Origin: Podarcis pityusensis
Taxonomy: Eukaryota
Strand: one strand, 5' to 3'
DNA length: 64,000 bases
NCBI GenBank assembly: GCA_964106645.2
Contig: OZ067052.1
The translations under genes and the position numbers were made by a program. The notes below the pieces were generated by a model. The model had not been told where the DNA came from and did not search any database. It was given only the letters and a program-made list of their open reading frames with translations. Numbering within the stretch: the stretch's first letter is position 1; every line of letters starts with the position of its first letter. Positions 26,413 through 39,763 of the stretch are shown piece by piece.

Positions 26413-29400
26413 AGATGAAAACGGTTTGGAATAGGTGAAAGTCTCTCCTTGCCTCATCTGCCATGCCCCTGGAACACCCCTTTTTGGAGACCTGCACTGG
26501 GGTATCTCAAGCTTAGCCGGGGTCAGGGACTAGTGTAACCCTGGCTCAGGTTATGAAAAAACAAGACCCGCCAGATCCAAACTCTCTCACCCTGGGTTTG
26601 GATTCTGCTGCCAGTGGGTGTACCACCCTCCCACTGCCCCCCAGACACCCGGCTCCACTTCATCGGTGTCAGTAGATTCTGCAGTCCTGAAGTCTACCCA
26701 CGTTTGTTTGTGGCACGGAACATATTTAATTGGGCATTGAAGTGAAGTAGATGCCTTTCTCCTTCATTTCTGACCTGCCTGAGTGCATTGGATTGCAATG
26801 CCTCATTTGATCTGTGTTTGATCTTTTCTTACTGTATGCTGGAGCGGGTTGTGTTGTGTGTGTCTCCCTCCCCCCGCCCCCGCTTAAATAAAGAACAACA
26901 GAAGGCAGACTAAACAGTTTAGGAACCTAACCCAGGAATTCAAATATCGCATGAACCCTTGTAACCACAGCAGCATCTTCAACCGTATTCATCCATCCAG
27001 ACGGGTCGGCGTTTGAAATTTCCTACTGCTGAGTTGTGGCCCTTACAGGTTTGCTATGTTTCGAGTTCCCATTTACGTTGTTGGCATTGTTTTGCACACA
27101 TACTCCTGAAGAGGGAAATGTGTATGTGGATCAACTGAACGAAGCTGAAATAATAGACAAGACAGAGAGGCATTCCCCTAGCTTTAATGGTGCCCTTTAA
27201 ACCAATCTTTAAAGACATCTCTAGCCTGGTAGCCAGAGGCGACAAGAAATTTCACGCAGGTGAATGAGAAGGCTGGGGGAGAAAGGGAGAGAGGACTTCT
27301 TAAAAGAAAGCCTGGACTGAAAAAACTGCCTTCCGTACAGACCCTCTTGGGTGCTGAGATCAGCAGAGTGGGCACTCTTGCTGGTTCCTCCGCCCTCAGA
27401 AGGCCAGGGCCTTCTCTGTGGCAGCCCCTAAACTGTGGAGCTCCCTCCTCATAGAGCTTCGTTTGGCACTTTCAATGTACAGCTTCCGGAGAAGGTCAAA
27501 GATGCACCACTTTACCCTGGATTTTTGACACTTGAGCTGTATATATTTTTAGGACCCATCTCATTTTTATGATTTTAAATTGTTTTAAATTGTTTTTAAT
27601 GTTGTGCTTTAATTTTGCAACCCATCCAGGGACCTTAGAATGAAGGATGGGCAATAGATAGATAGATAAAAAGTAAGTATTTATCCTTCTGCTTTTTTTG
27701 CAGCAACAAATTGGTTTTTTTTTTAATTGCGAAGCCCTCATCTGTCCAATCTGACAGAGCCAATATAATGTCAGCTTCAATTTTTTTAAGATGTTCAGCA
27801 GCAATAATGGGTGGAGAAAAAAGAACTCTGAAAGAAAAACAATGAGCACCTCAAAACATTTATAGCTAAGGTCAAACATCAGTAGGGAGAAGAAGGAGGG
27901 GGAAGCTAAATGTGATAAATCTGCAACGTTAACAGCTGCTTCCCTTTTAATAGAATCCAGCGTAAACTCAGAGCAGCCTTTGGCTTGGCTCGAGCCATTA
28001 ATCTGCGACAAAAATGTCTTCTTGAGAAAAAGCAGAGCCCCTTTAATAAAAGTTAAGGCAGACAGTATTGGGTTCAGAGGGAATCCTGTTGCTTTTTTAT
28101 ATATAAAGAGAATTATTCAATAATAAGTGCAGATAGAAAGCACACACAGGAAAAAAAAACAGGGGAAGTCAACACTGAGGGTAGCAGACTGCATTATCTG
28201 CAAAAAGAGAGTTTTGCTGTAAATAAACACTGGCGACAACATGGGCTAATGAAAGTCTACATGGTAGGTTTAAGTTTTATTGTTGGGAGGTCATTTATTT
28301 GTTAAGTTCTTGGCCTGAGGCCCACGGATGGCTTTTCTCATAGAGTCTTGATACTTGATAAGCATCTTTCATTGGCCATGGTTTTTTCCCTTTTTTAAAA
28401 ATCAAATCCTTAAACTGAATGAAAATTAACTTTGCATGTTGCTGCTATTGGCCATGCCTCTCTTCCCTCACCAAATTTTATTGTCTTCTATATTACAATA
28501 CACTAATAAAGGGGTTTGCGGGGCAGTGGGGGGGGGGCAGTTGCACAGAAAAGTGCCAAAACCCTGGATCCAGAAAAGCCCATTTATCCATATGGCTTTT
28601 TCAACAGCATGTTCTTTGCATACAGTTAGAAGCTCTGCTTTCATGCGAAAAGCAAAACTTGGCAGGATTTGAAATAAAGAGGAACCTTCAATGTTTGCTT
28701 CTCTGCTTATTAAATCTATATACCACCCTTTCTCCTCAAAGGGTGCCCAAGGCAGCTAGTAACATTAAATTTGATAGGGCCATACTCAAAACAATAATTA
28801 AAGTGATTCTTTAAATCTGCAGTGCCCCGAATGTTCCTATCCCCTTCCAGGTGCCTGGACAAATAAATATGTATTTGGATTTTGCCTGGAGGATAAGTTT
28901 ATCAATGGCTATGAGCCATCATGGCGATGGTTTACCTCCACTGTTGGAGGCAATATGCCTATGGATGCCTGTTGTTGGGAAAGTCAGGGGGAGAGGGTTG
29001 CTGTTACACTCGGGTCCTGATTGTGGGCTTCCCATTGGGGCACCTGGCTGGCCACTGTGAGAACAGGATGCTGTGCTAAATGGACCACTGGCCTGATCCA
29101 ACAGGGCTCTTACTGCATTCTTAACATGGGCAGGGAAGGGGACTGGCAGATCTCCCCCACAGGAGGGAGTTTGCCCCCCAAAAGGACATCTGTGACTAGG
29201 CAACCGTTGTCTAACACGCTTCTGGAAGGGGGGGGCTGGATTTTAAACCCTCAGTCACTTTAAAGCACCACGCAGGGCTCTTTGCAAGGACTTTGTGACT
29301 TCAAAGCACCCAAACACATCACTGTGACATCAGGTGATTGACAGAAGCCAGAATCTGATAAGGAACTAGTCTGTGGAGCCAAAAAGAGTATCCCAGCCTT

Positions 29401-30114
29401 AGTCTTTGCAGATTGACAGCAATGCAGATTGGTCTGTTTTAGCTATTGGTGTGTGTAGGGGGTGAGTTTTGTCAGTATGCTAGTTGAAGTGTCTGCTGCT
29501 GGCTGAATTGTCTCCATTTTATGCCAAGTTGGATTTGATAGCTGGATTTTAAATCAATGAACTATTGCCGGTTCGGCTTTATTGTTTTATTATTGAATCG
29601 TTGGTATGCTATGCTCTAACATTTTATTCTGCTTGCTGTGGCATGTCACCTGGAGGATTTTCTTTTTATTAGGCAGCTCAAAATTGGAAATAGATGCATT
29701 CATAAAAAGAGCTCAAGCTTCAAACTAGGAATCTCAATGCCCAATGACCTGGCCGAGTGAGGAACTTGTGCGGGCTCAGAATTCGCTGCCGCCTTCAAGC
29801 ACACGGGAAGCTGCCTTATAGCAAGTGCTACCTTACACCAAGCTTCTAGCCCTCATGGAGGCACAGAGATAGATTCTGAAAGATTGTGGGCAATGCCTTT
29901 TGAAACAAAAGGGCTAACAGAGTAAGAATTCCAGTGTGGGTGTGTTGGTTATGGGGTCCTTCATAAGAAGCTAGAAAGCTGCCTTGTTCTGAATCAGACC
30001 ATTGGCCTATCTAGATCAATACTGTCTACACAGACTGGCAGCAGCTCTACAAGGTTTCAAGCAGGGGTCTTTCCCCAGTCCTACCTAAGCACACCAGGGT
30101 TTGAACCCGGGCCC

Positions 30115-30482
30115 TGTTGGAAGTTTGATAGCAACTCAGCTTGTACAAGAGGGGTTTGTGTGGAGTTAAGACAGATATGGAACCTCCCGATTCCCAGACT
30201 ATCCCTGTACCTTTATCTCTATGCTGACTTCTCTATCTCTTTGTTATTTAGAATGATACATCTAAGTTTGCATCCTGTTTATAACTTCCTGCTCCTCACA
30301 CCTATCTCTCAGACCACAAGATAAAAAGTCATCTTTGAACTACCCTCCAAGAGAACAAAGGAGAAAGATGGCTGCATTGTTCTTCTCTAGACTAGACAGA
30401 CTAAAACGAGGAACTTTTTCTACCAGTCATGTATTTCCTACAGTAAATTACTTCATTATATTGGGGTGTGTGGGTGTGTGGG

Positions 30483-30531
<49 letters not shown>

Positions 30532-30537
30532 CCAACA
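30115..30537 (+). mobile_element. Probable solo LTR (423 bp)
   Basis: Perfect 8-bp inverted termini TGTTGGAA...TTCCAACA; internal GATAAAAA and AGTAAA; no clean TSD. Confidence 0.55.
30465..30529. repeat. Compound (GT)n(GA)n microsatellite inside the putative LTR
   Basis: Direct reading. Confidence 0.9.
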
Positions 30538-32542
30538 GGTAAAGTCTACTCCCTAACCAAAATTCACAAGACAGGCACTCTTACTCTTCAAAAGTTATCC
30601 CAACAGGCCCTTTTGTATTCACTGAGATACAACCCTTCTGCATTGGACCCTGTGATTGGCAGGCAGTGATTCACACAATATGGTAAGCCAAAGGGACAGT
30701 GCAAATTTGAAGACTCCCGGAGAGAAGCTTGCAGCTGCTTTGTCGCTCCTTGGTTTTTTTGCTCCCATGCTGTGCAGCGCATTGTCCAAGCCCAGGTTCG
30801 AGGTTAAGCTCTTTCTCCTTGCTAACCACAAGCTGTAGCCAAGGTTTGCTCTTTGTGGAGTAGAAAAGCAGTCAAGAGGAGTCCACATCAACCATAGGTT
30901 GGCTCACCATGGCATGTGAACAAGGTTCATTACGAAGCTTCTAAACCGGCCACATGAATACCAGGACCTTGGCCTTCTGGTCAACAGGACAGCAGCATCC
31001 ACTCACTGCACATTGATTTCTGCGCTCTCCTCTGCACTGAGTTACACCGCATTCCTCTGCCTTAAATTTCAGCCAGTGACGGATGGCAGAGGGGATGGCT
31101 TGGAGAATACACCCTCCAGGCCTGGGTTCGAGTACCTAGCCTTAGCAAGTGTAGGTCTATGCATGCTTTGACTTACTGGATCAAGGCAGACTTCCCCAAC
31201 TTGGTGCTCTCCAGAAGTTTTTGACTATTAGCTCCCATCAGCCCTGAAAACTCTGTTGGCTAGGACTTATGGGAGTCGTAGTCCAAAACATCTGGAGAGC
31301 ACTAAGTTGGGGGAGGCTGGGTTAGGGCAACTATTGCAATAAAAAAATATTGCTCCTTTTTCTTTCTGTTACCATGCATTCTCCATCAGCTATACAAGAC
31401 ATTTAGCAGGTTTAAAGTGAGGCCCAAAACTGCAAGGCTTTTGAGAAAGGTCATTATTTCAGACCAACTCTGGGTGGTCCCACCCAATGAATTAATTAAG
31501 TCAAAAATCAAAAGGTCAAAAGAAAACATCAGTCCAGCCACTAAAAGTTTATGCGTTTAATTTCAATTAGGGGAAGGGGGGCAGAAGAAGAGGAAATCTG
31601 TATATCTTTGTTTTCACTCATTTCAACTAATTGATGGCTCCAAAGAAACGACCATTACATCTAACTGAAAAGTTTGCTAACACTTCATTAAAAGGAAGTT
31701 TAAACAAGCTCACAAACCTTGTTAATGTATTTGGGTCGACCACAAAGTTGTTTGGGCTTCTCGGTAATTATTTTTATTCAGCTTTCAAATATAAACACAA
31801 CAGCCAAGTCCAATAATTCAACTCTATATATATATATATATATATAAAACCTGATGCTACAGTTCTGTTTCAAAAACTACCACTGTTGGGGGCTGACTAC
31901 GTAAACTGCTACCACAAGCAATTTTTCACAAAAAGGTGTCTGTGCTGAGAAAAGTTCACTAAAATATTTTCCGTCCAACAGGTTCCACAGCCTGAAGAGC
32001 AAAAGCAAACCTTTATTCTCCCATATACTGTATGGTCTCTAAGTAAGCTTTTCAGGGTACAAAAGTCACAAGAACTGGGTTCAAATCTCAGATATGCAGG
32101 GGCATTTTCCAAGTAACCTCAATCTTTCTGAACTTGCTCTTCCAGAATTGTTGTGAGAACAAGAGGGGATAGTCCACGACTGTGTGTACCACAGCGCACA
32201 TTTAAAGCACATGACCTCCCCCAAATAATCATGGGAACTTCCGTTTGCTATGTGTGCTGGGAATTGAAGCTCTGTGGGAGAGTCAACTGCAGCTCCCAGG
32301 ATTCTTTGGGGAAAGCTGTGTGCTGTAGAATGTATGGTGTGCATGCAGCCACTCTCCTGGTAACCAGAGGTGAGAAGGAATTGCATGCAGATTCCCTCCA
32401 GTATTGGGGGCAGGAACCCTCTGAATGCCAGCTGATGAGAATCACAAGTGGGCAACAGGCTGTTGCACTCAAGCCCTGCTGATGGGCTTTCCATTCTGGC
32501 TGGCCACTGTGAGAACAGGATGCTAAACTAGATGGGCCTTTG

Positions 32543-32792
32543 TAGTGTAGTGGTTAAGAGCGGTAGTCTCGTAATCTGGGGAACCGGGTTCGCGTCTCCG
32601 CTCCTCCACATGCAGCTGCTGGGTGACCTTGGGCTAGTCACACTTCTTTGAAGTCTCTCAGCCCCACTCACCTCACAGAGTGTTTGTTGTGGGGGAGGAA
32701 GGGAAAGGAGAATTTTAGCCGCTTTGAGACTCCTTAAAGGGAGTGAAAGGCGGGATATCAAATCCAAACTCTTCTTCTTCTTCTTCTTCTTC
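32543..32792 (+). mobile_element. Young CORE-SINE (Squam3-like) with (CTT)n tail, nested in a CR1 3' end
   Basis: tRNA-like head gtgtagtggttaagag...gggttcgcgtc; CORE gggtgaccttgggctagtcac; (CTT)n tail; ctttg duplicated; CR1 tail resumes after it. Confidence 0.85.
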
Positions 32793-35700
32793 TTTGGCCT
32801 GATCCAGCAGTCAGGCTCCTTTTAGGTTCTTGTGGACTCTATTATATTGGCCCATCATAAGCCGCTGGCCACAAGGGAGACATGACAACAGGCTGGTGTG
32901 AGACCTGAGGGACCTTGAAAGCAAAAACTGCAGACAGAATACCTTTTCCTTTTATGAAGATCATGCTGCAAAACACTGAGGCCCACCCTCACCACTGAAA
33001 AAGTTCTAAATTGTTAATTCCAGCGGTGTTTCAAGATCCCCAGGCTCAAAAGAACAAGGGCTGGCATGTTATTCCTGGCTTGGAATAGTCCAAGCACAGA
33101 GGCTGTAGTTATTCTGTGATACTTCAGGGGCGTCAGACAAAAAAAAACAACAGCCCGGAACCCTCAACTTAGCAATAATGCCTTACTTATATTTCACCAT
33201 GTACTTGAATAACTCAAGCGCTTTTCTTTTTACACCTATACACAACACTCACACACTACAAAACCCCCAAAGTTTTTCACCAAATCCATTAAGCAGGCTG
33301 GCTCACGATTGCTATAAAGATCAGAGGCCAAGTTCATTACAGACAAAAATCCTCTAAATCATATATAAGGCAACTTAAAAACCTAAGATAAATCATTTTA
33401 TTACTAAAGCTATTGCTGGAGGAGTCTGGGAGCAGACACTGAACGTCAGAAATAATGACTGCATTAAAAAAGGCTTCATGAGAAATTTATGAAGTAGAAT
33501 TTCTTTCTGCCTTCTCCACTCCCCCACCCCACCCCTGGCCCATTCTCCTGGCACTGTAGGAAAAGCCAAGAAAATATTTTCCAGGAAAGCATAATAAACT
33601 CTGAATGGATCAACAACCTTATACTGAGATAATTGAACCTTATAAAAACTTAAAATGAAATATTTTGGGTTTCCCCCACCACCTTTTGGGTTTCGTGTTA
33701 TTTTGCATTTAAGTAGGTCCTTGGAGGTCAAACGAAGAAAGTATTTCTTTGAACCGGTTTCTCAAGGAACAGGCTCCAAGCAACACGTTTGAAGCTGGAA
33801 AAACAATTGTTATTTTAGAAAAATTAGGGGGTGTGGGAAAGAGAAGGACTATCGGCATAGTGAGTCGAACACAATATGGTTTAAACTGAAGTACAGGAGA
33901 CCCAGAATTGTTCTGCACACCAGTGTGGTTAAGTAGAGTAGCATTCCCCCAACACCATTCCTTTCCGTTGTTGCTTGATCACAATTGCCATCATCCTTGG
34001 CCATGAGGCTGGTGGAAGTTGGAGTCCCAACAGCATCTGGTGGGCACCAGGTTGGGGAAAATGAGTTAGAGTATTGACCTAGACCAAGGAGACCCAAGTT
34101 GAAATTCTCACCCAGCCATGAAGCTCACTTGGTAACCTTGAGTCAGTCCCTACCTCTGCCTATTCACAGGATGGTTGAGAGAATAAAATTGAAGGCGGAA
34201 GCAGTAAACCATGTATTCCTCCTGAAACCCTTGTTGGGAGAGCAATGTCCTCGCTCAAAATACAGAGGCAGAGCCTCTTACTTGGAAGAAAGAGACCTTT
34301 ACTTAGGCAAGTAATGATACAGGCTTAGCAACAGGCACAGCGCTCAAGAGTCATGATCTGGGAGTTTAGGAGCAGGGCAAGAAGTTCGAACTGGATGGAA
34401 GCAATGAAGATGTCCCAACAAGTTTCCCCATCCCTCATTTGAAGGCGAGGTGTGGCATGCTCGCTTGCAGGAATGTCAAGTTTGCAAGTGTGTGCTCCAT
34501 CAGGGTGGGGTGGGTCTCCCCCATCTGCAAAGGCATTGCCTGGTTCTAGGTGACAAAGCCTGAATCCTCCTGATCAGTCTCCTGTTCAGGCTCCCCCATC
34601 AGATGAATAAATCCCTTCCCAACCTCCACTGAGACACTCTGCTCTGCAGGAAGGTCAGAAGATAGAGCAGGCACCGTTGTTCCCCATTCCAAAGTGTCTG
34701 CCTCCAACCTAGGTTCCCACCATTCCTCCTGCTCCTGCTCCGACAGTAATGCGGGGCTCATGATTGGTAAGATATAAATGCTATAAACAATAATTAATAA
34801 ATCTGGTGCAGCTATCTAGGCCCTGACAGCTTCTAGGAGAGATTACTGCAATGCATGGTATTTGGAACTGCCTGTGAAGACTGTTCAGAAACTTCAGATA
34901 GTTAAGCTGTGAAGCTGTTAACTGGTATGGATGCTCATGCCCCACATACTGTTTCCCCATGCTACAGGCGGTGAGGCTCATTCCAAACAGTTAAGTCTGC
35001 TATCTTATGATGGGATAACTTTCTTTTTCTAGTTCATCTTTCACCCCACCCAGAAATAAAAATAAAACCTCCTCTTTTCCAATGCAGAGAAAACAGAATG
35101 TTGCATCCACTAGGCATTGTATAGGAATGGTGGGTGGGGAGGAGAGGGGTGTTCTCAGACCATTTTATTTGGCAAAATAACAGAACACAAGAAGATCAGG
35201 TCAGCTGCCCATCTGCTCTCACAGTGCCCAACCAGATGTCTTAGCGGGAAGACAGCAAACAGGACCTGAGTGCAACAGTGCTCTCCGCTCCTGCAACTTC
35301 CAACAAATTGTTATTGAGAGGTATGCTGTCTAAGAGTTGGAGGCAGAACACAGACATCAAGGTTGGTAGCCATGGATAGGTATACCCTGCATGAATTTGC
35401 CTAATCCTCTTTTAAAGCTATCCAAGTTGACTATCAGTGCCTCTTGTGGGGGGAAATGCCATAGTTTGACTATGTGTTATGTGAAAGACTTTCTTTTGTT
35501 GGTTCTGAATCTTCCACCATTCAGCACTGGATAGTTCCAATATCAATGCACTTTATCTATAGATACTTGCTAGAAAAAAGCTAAATGCGGCCAGGCAGGT
35601 GCCCATGAGAAGTCAGCAAGCAGGGCCTGAGTGCAACAGTGCTCTCATGGCCTGCAGTTTCCAGCAACTGGTATTCAGAGGCATCTTGGTCTCGAATGAT

Positions 35701-37109
35701 GGAGGGAGACCATAGCCATTGTGGCTAGATGCCATTGATAGAAGCACTGCTAGCACAGTGCTGTTTACCTACTATCAACTGGGAAATGTTGGAGGTTAGT
35801 GCAAACATTCAGGATCACTGGCAAGTTACTCCTTATGACTCTTCTTACTCAGTATTGCAATAGTTAAAGCCTGCCAATGAGGCCCTCTAAGAAGCAACAC
35901 AATCTCAACCTCTCTCTCTCTCTTAGCAGTTGCTTTGGGCCCTCGGGTGGTCCCACTCCATTACGGATTCATCATTGCAATCAGGCCATACCCACATCAC
36001 ACAAGTGGTCACCCCCAATCAACATCAGTGTCGGGCAATTACAAGAAAGATGCGGAGCGACACTTCACACTTGGCACTGTCAAAAATGTCACTTAGCTGA
36101 GTCCTCTTCAGCTGCACGAGAGCTGGCTTTCATTCATTCCCAATTAGCAGTTCCCGTTCAATAAATCCATTCCACCCACAAATAATCTTAGCCCCTGTGG
36201 GGGTGAGGCGGGTATGTTGAAAAACAGGGGGGAACTCAAAACAAAACAGGGCTATATTTTGCATCAGTTGTTACAAAAATCATCAAATAAGCTGAGGGTT
36301 CAGGGTGGAACTAGACACAACAGTTATCACAGGGTTGCCACAGCAAACAGCCATCTTGTGTCAAGTCTTCCACTGTTCCTCCATCATGACTTGCCAGTGT
36401 TATGTCTTTGTCCTGCTGGCAACAGTCAACAATGTGGTGAGAAAGAACCAGTGCAACTTGATGACATCACAAGCATCATAACAAAGGGGCACCTACCTAA
36501 GCGTTCCAGGAACCTCAACTTGCAGCTGCTGTTTTTCAGTGACAGCCCCATATTACTGGTGATGAGGACTGATTTATTACATTTATATCCCACCCTTCCT
36601 ACAAAGAAGCCCAGGGCACCAAACGCACAAACAATAAAAGCTAAAAACCATTCCAACACAGAGGTAGGCTGGGAAAGCTCTCTACTTAAAAGGCACATTG
36701 TTAGACGGGGAAGGTGTTCAAGTAGGTGCCAGAAAGACGGGAGAGCGCTCCGAAGAGTAGGTGCCACCATGCTAGAGGCCTGCTACAAATATGGTGCACA
36801 ACGGGCCTCCTGGTAAGATGGTACTTGCAGGAGGCCATCACCTGCAGAATGCAGTGATCAACTGGAGCACATAGCAACCACTCCATCTTGTCCAGTCTTC
36901 TGTGCGCAGCGGTTTTCAGGCTGTGCCCTGGGAAAGCCTGGGAGGTGGAGCAGAGGTGAGATGCTCCCAGAGGCTCCTCAGCCTGCCCTTTAGCCACACC
37001 TTTGCTTTAGGTGGCAGATTGGGAAGGGCAGTGAACCTCTGCACCAAAAAAGGCAACAGACCCATGTGCTAAAGAGGAAAAGTTCCAACAGTGAAAGTTT
37101 TTAGACTCA

Positions 37110-37319
<210 letters not shown>

Positions 37320-39626
37320 CTATTTAAAATGAAATAAAAAGAACAGTTAACGCAAAACTCATTTTAACCGCAGCACTTGTTTTGCCCCTTGTAAGCAAGT
37401 TACAGCAACAGCTACTTGAGAATGAAGGTGAAACCCTTTACACACTGCATTTCCTTTAAAAAGCTGCACCAAAGTAAGAAGGAATAATAACGCTAGAAAA
37501 TTTATAGATATTCACAGAACCTATTATTTAGCGCACATGCTCTCTCTTTATATATATACACACATACACATACACATACACACACACCATATTTTCCCCT
37601 GACGGGACAGAACCTAGCTACTGCAGTTCCTCCCTGGCTGGGCTGCTGCAACACACTCTGCACAGGGTTTCCTTTGAAGATAGCCTATATAATTTTCCTG
37701 TGATTTTATTACCGAGACTGAAGAGCAGATTATAAACAAGCAGCAGCGTCAACGTAATTGAAAAGCCAGTCTGGAAGCTGTAGCTGCTGCAGAATGCATA
37801 TCTGGGAGTGGGAAGAACTGAATTCAATAGGACTTACTTCTGAGTAGGAGCGCCATTGTGAAATGTGAAATTTTCACCCACAAAATGTTGTGATGGAGGG
37901 AAAGGCTACCCATGGACACTTGCCACAATGGCTATGTTCTCCGTCCACTGTCACAGGAGGCAGGCCTCTGAACACCAGCTGCTGGGAATCACAAGTGGGG
38001 AGGTCTGCTGCTGCTCTCATGTTCTGTATTTGGGCTTCCCCCCTAGGCATCTGATTGGCCACTGCTGAGAACAGGACACTGGACTAGATCCAGAAGGGCT
38101 CTTCTGATGTCCTTCTATCTCAGCATATCACATCTGTTTGACTGGTGTACTCCTAAGTTCCCACTACCAAGAGCCTTTGGCCTGATCCTGCAGCCTCCTC
38201 TTACAGTCTTCTTATGTTAAGTTCTTATAAGCTAAAGGGCCTCTGGGAGATGCAGAAATGAGACCAGAGAAAAGGAAAAACTCATATGTGAAATGACAAA
38301 ATGAAGCTCCTCATTCAAATTCCAAATGGTTGTGGTGTGCAGGGAGGGGGGGAGTACTGAGGGGGGAATCAGTTCAGATGACGGACTGGAGGACAAGCCA
38401 CAAATCAATTGCAACTGCTTTGTTTAGTGCTAAAAACTCAAACTGCAGTGATTAGAAAACACATTAGTGTTCATCAATTAGTAGCCGAGCATTTGGCTTG
38501 AATTATTCATGGGGAAATGACTTACACACAAGACTCTGTTAGTGTGTTGTCAGGAAAACCTCTGAAGGGGCCAACAGAACCAGGCGCCACTGTGTATCGA
38601 CGGCACCGATCCAGCCAGGAAGCCCGATTAACCTCTGAGATGCCTCAGTTGATGTACTTACCCTATTAATGCTAATGGAGATGCTACCACTTTTTAAAAA
38701 AAAGAAGAAGAAGAAGAAAAAGTCGGAGCCAGCCAGGCTTCATCAAGGGAAAAGTCTTTAGGTTTTTAAAGTCTTTTAGCAATAGACATATCCTGTCATT
38801 TGTGTGTCTTGGTGTCTTATCCCTCACCCCCACCTCCAACCTTTTAAAGCTCCCCCAACAAATGGGAAGGAATAAAATCCTTAAACAACTGGCATGCCAA
38901 CAATTTCTTGGAAAACACACACATACACTCCAAGCAACCTGATGCAATATGCACTGCCTCAGTAGGCCTATTGACGCGATCAGCTGTCTAAGGGTAGCAA
39001 CCCTAGAAATCCCCGCAGCCTCTGGTAGCATGGTGTTAGAACCAAGCTGCTTTTGTACAAGGCCTGGACTGAGAATTCATACAAGCTGCTGGGAATCGCA
39101 GGTGAGGAGAGCGATGCTGCGCTCAAGTGCTACATGTAGGCTTCTCATTGCGGCATCTGGTTGGCCACTGTGAGAACAGGATGCTGCACTAGATGGAACT
39201 TTTGCCTGATCCATCAGTCAGGATCTTCTTGCTGAGGCTTCACACTATCACTCAGCTGCCCTTCGTTGCCTAAGACACGAGTACCATCTCTGGAGGGAAG
39301 GGTATTTTCACAACACCCAGTCCCATAAGGATAAAGGGGGCTCTATTATCTTAAACAGAGCAGGGGAACCTGTGGCCCTCCAGAAGTTGGAGTTCTCATT
39401 AGCCCCAGTCAGCATGGCCAATAGCCAGGGATGATGGGAGATGCAGTCTGAAAACATCTGGAGGACAAGAGCTCCCACCCACTCCTAGTCTGTCCATTCG
39501 CCTCTAGTGCCCATTTCCTCCGTTCCCTCTAAGGTAAGTACATGAATAAAAGCATTGGACTGAGTGAGAAGAACCAGTTTATTGGCTCCACCCTTTTAGC
39601 TCCCAGATTTATTTAACCATTTAATT

Positions 39627-39763
39627 CAGGCACGGGAAACCTGTAGCTCTCCAGATGTTGCTGGACTCCAACTCCTATCATCTTGAGTCGGAACAGCCAG
39701 TGTTCAGAGATGATGGAATATGTAGTTCAACACAATCTGGAGGGCCACAGGTTCCCCAGCCCT
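39627..39763. mobile_element. Older hAT palindromic MITE (further degenerate copies near 16545, 18325, 19870, 24795, 31185, 33975, 39360, 58898)
   Basis: Shared ccagatgttgctggactacaactcccatca...gatgatgggagttgtagt...catctggagggc palindromic core. Confidence 0.7.

Noticed and set aside
36214-36816. 200-aa + strand ORF (longest in the track)
   Set aside because: No recognisable domain; its 3' part is the antisense of a degraded L2 3' end; consistent with a chance intronic ORF.
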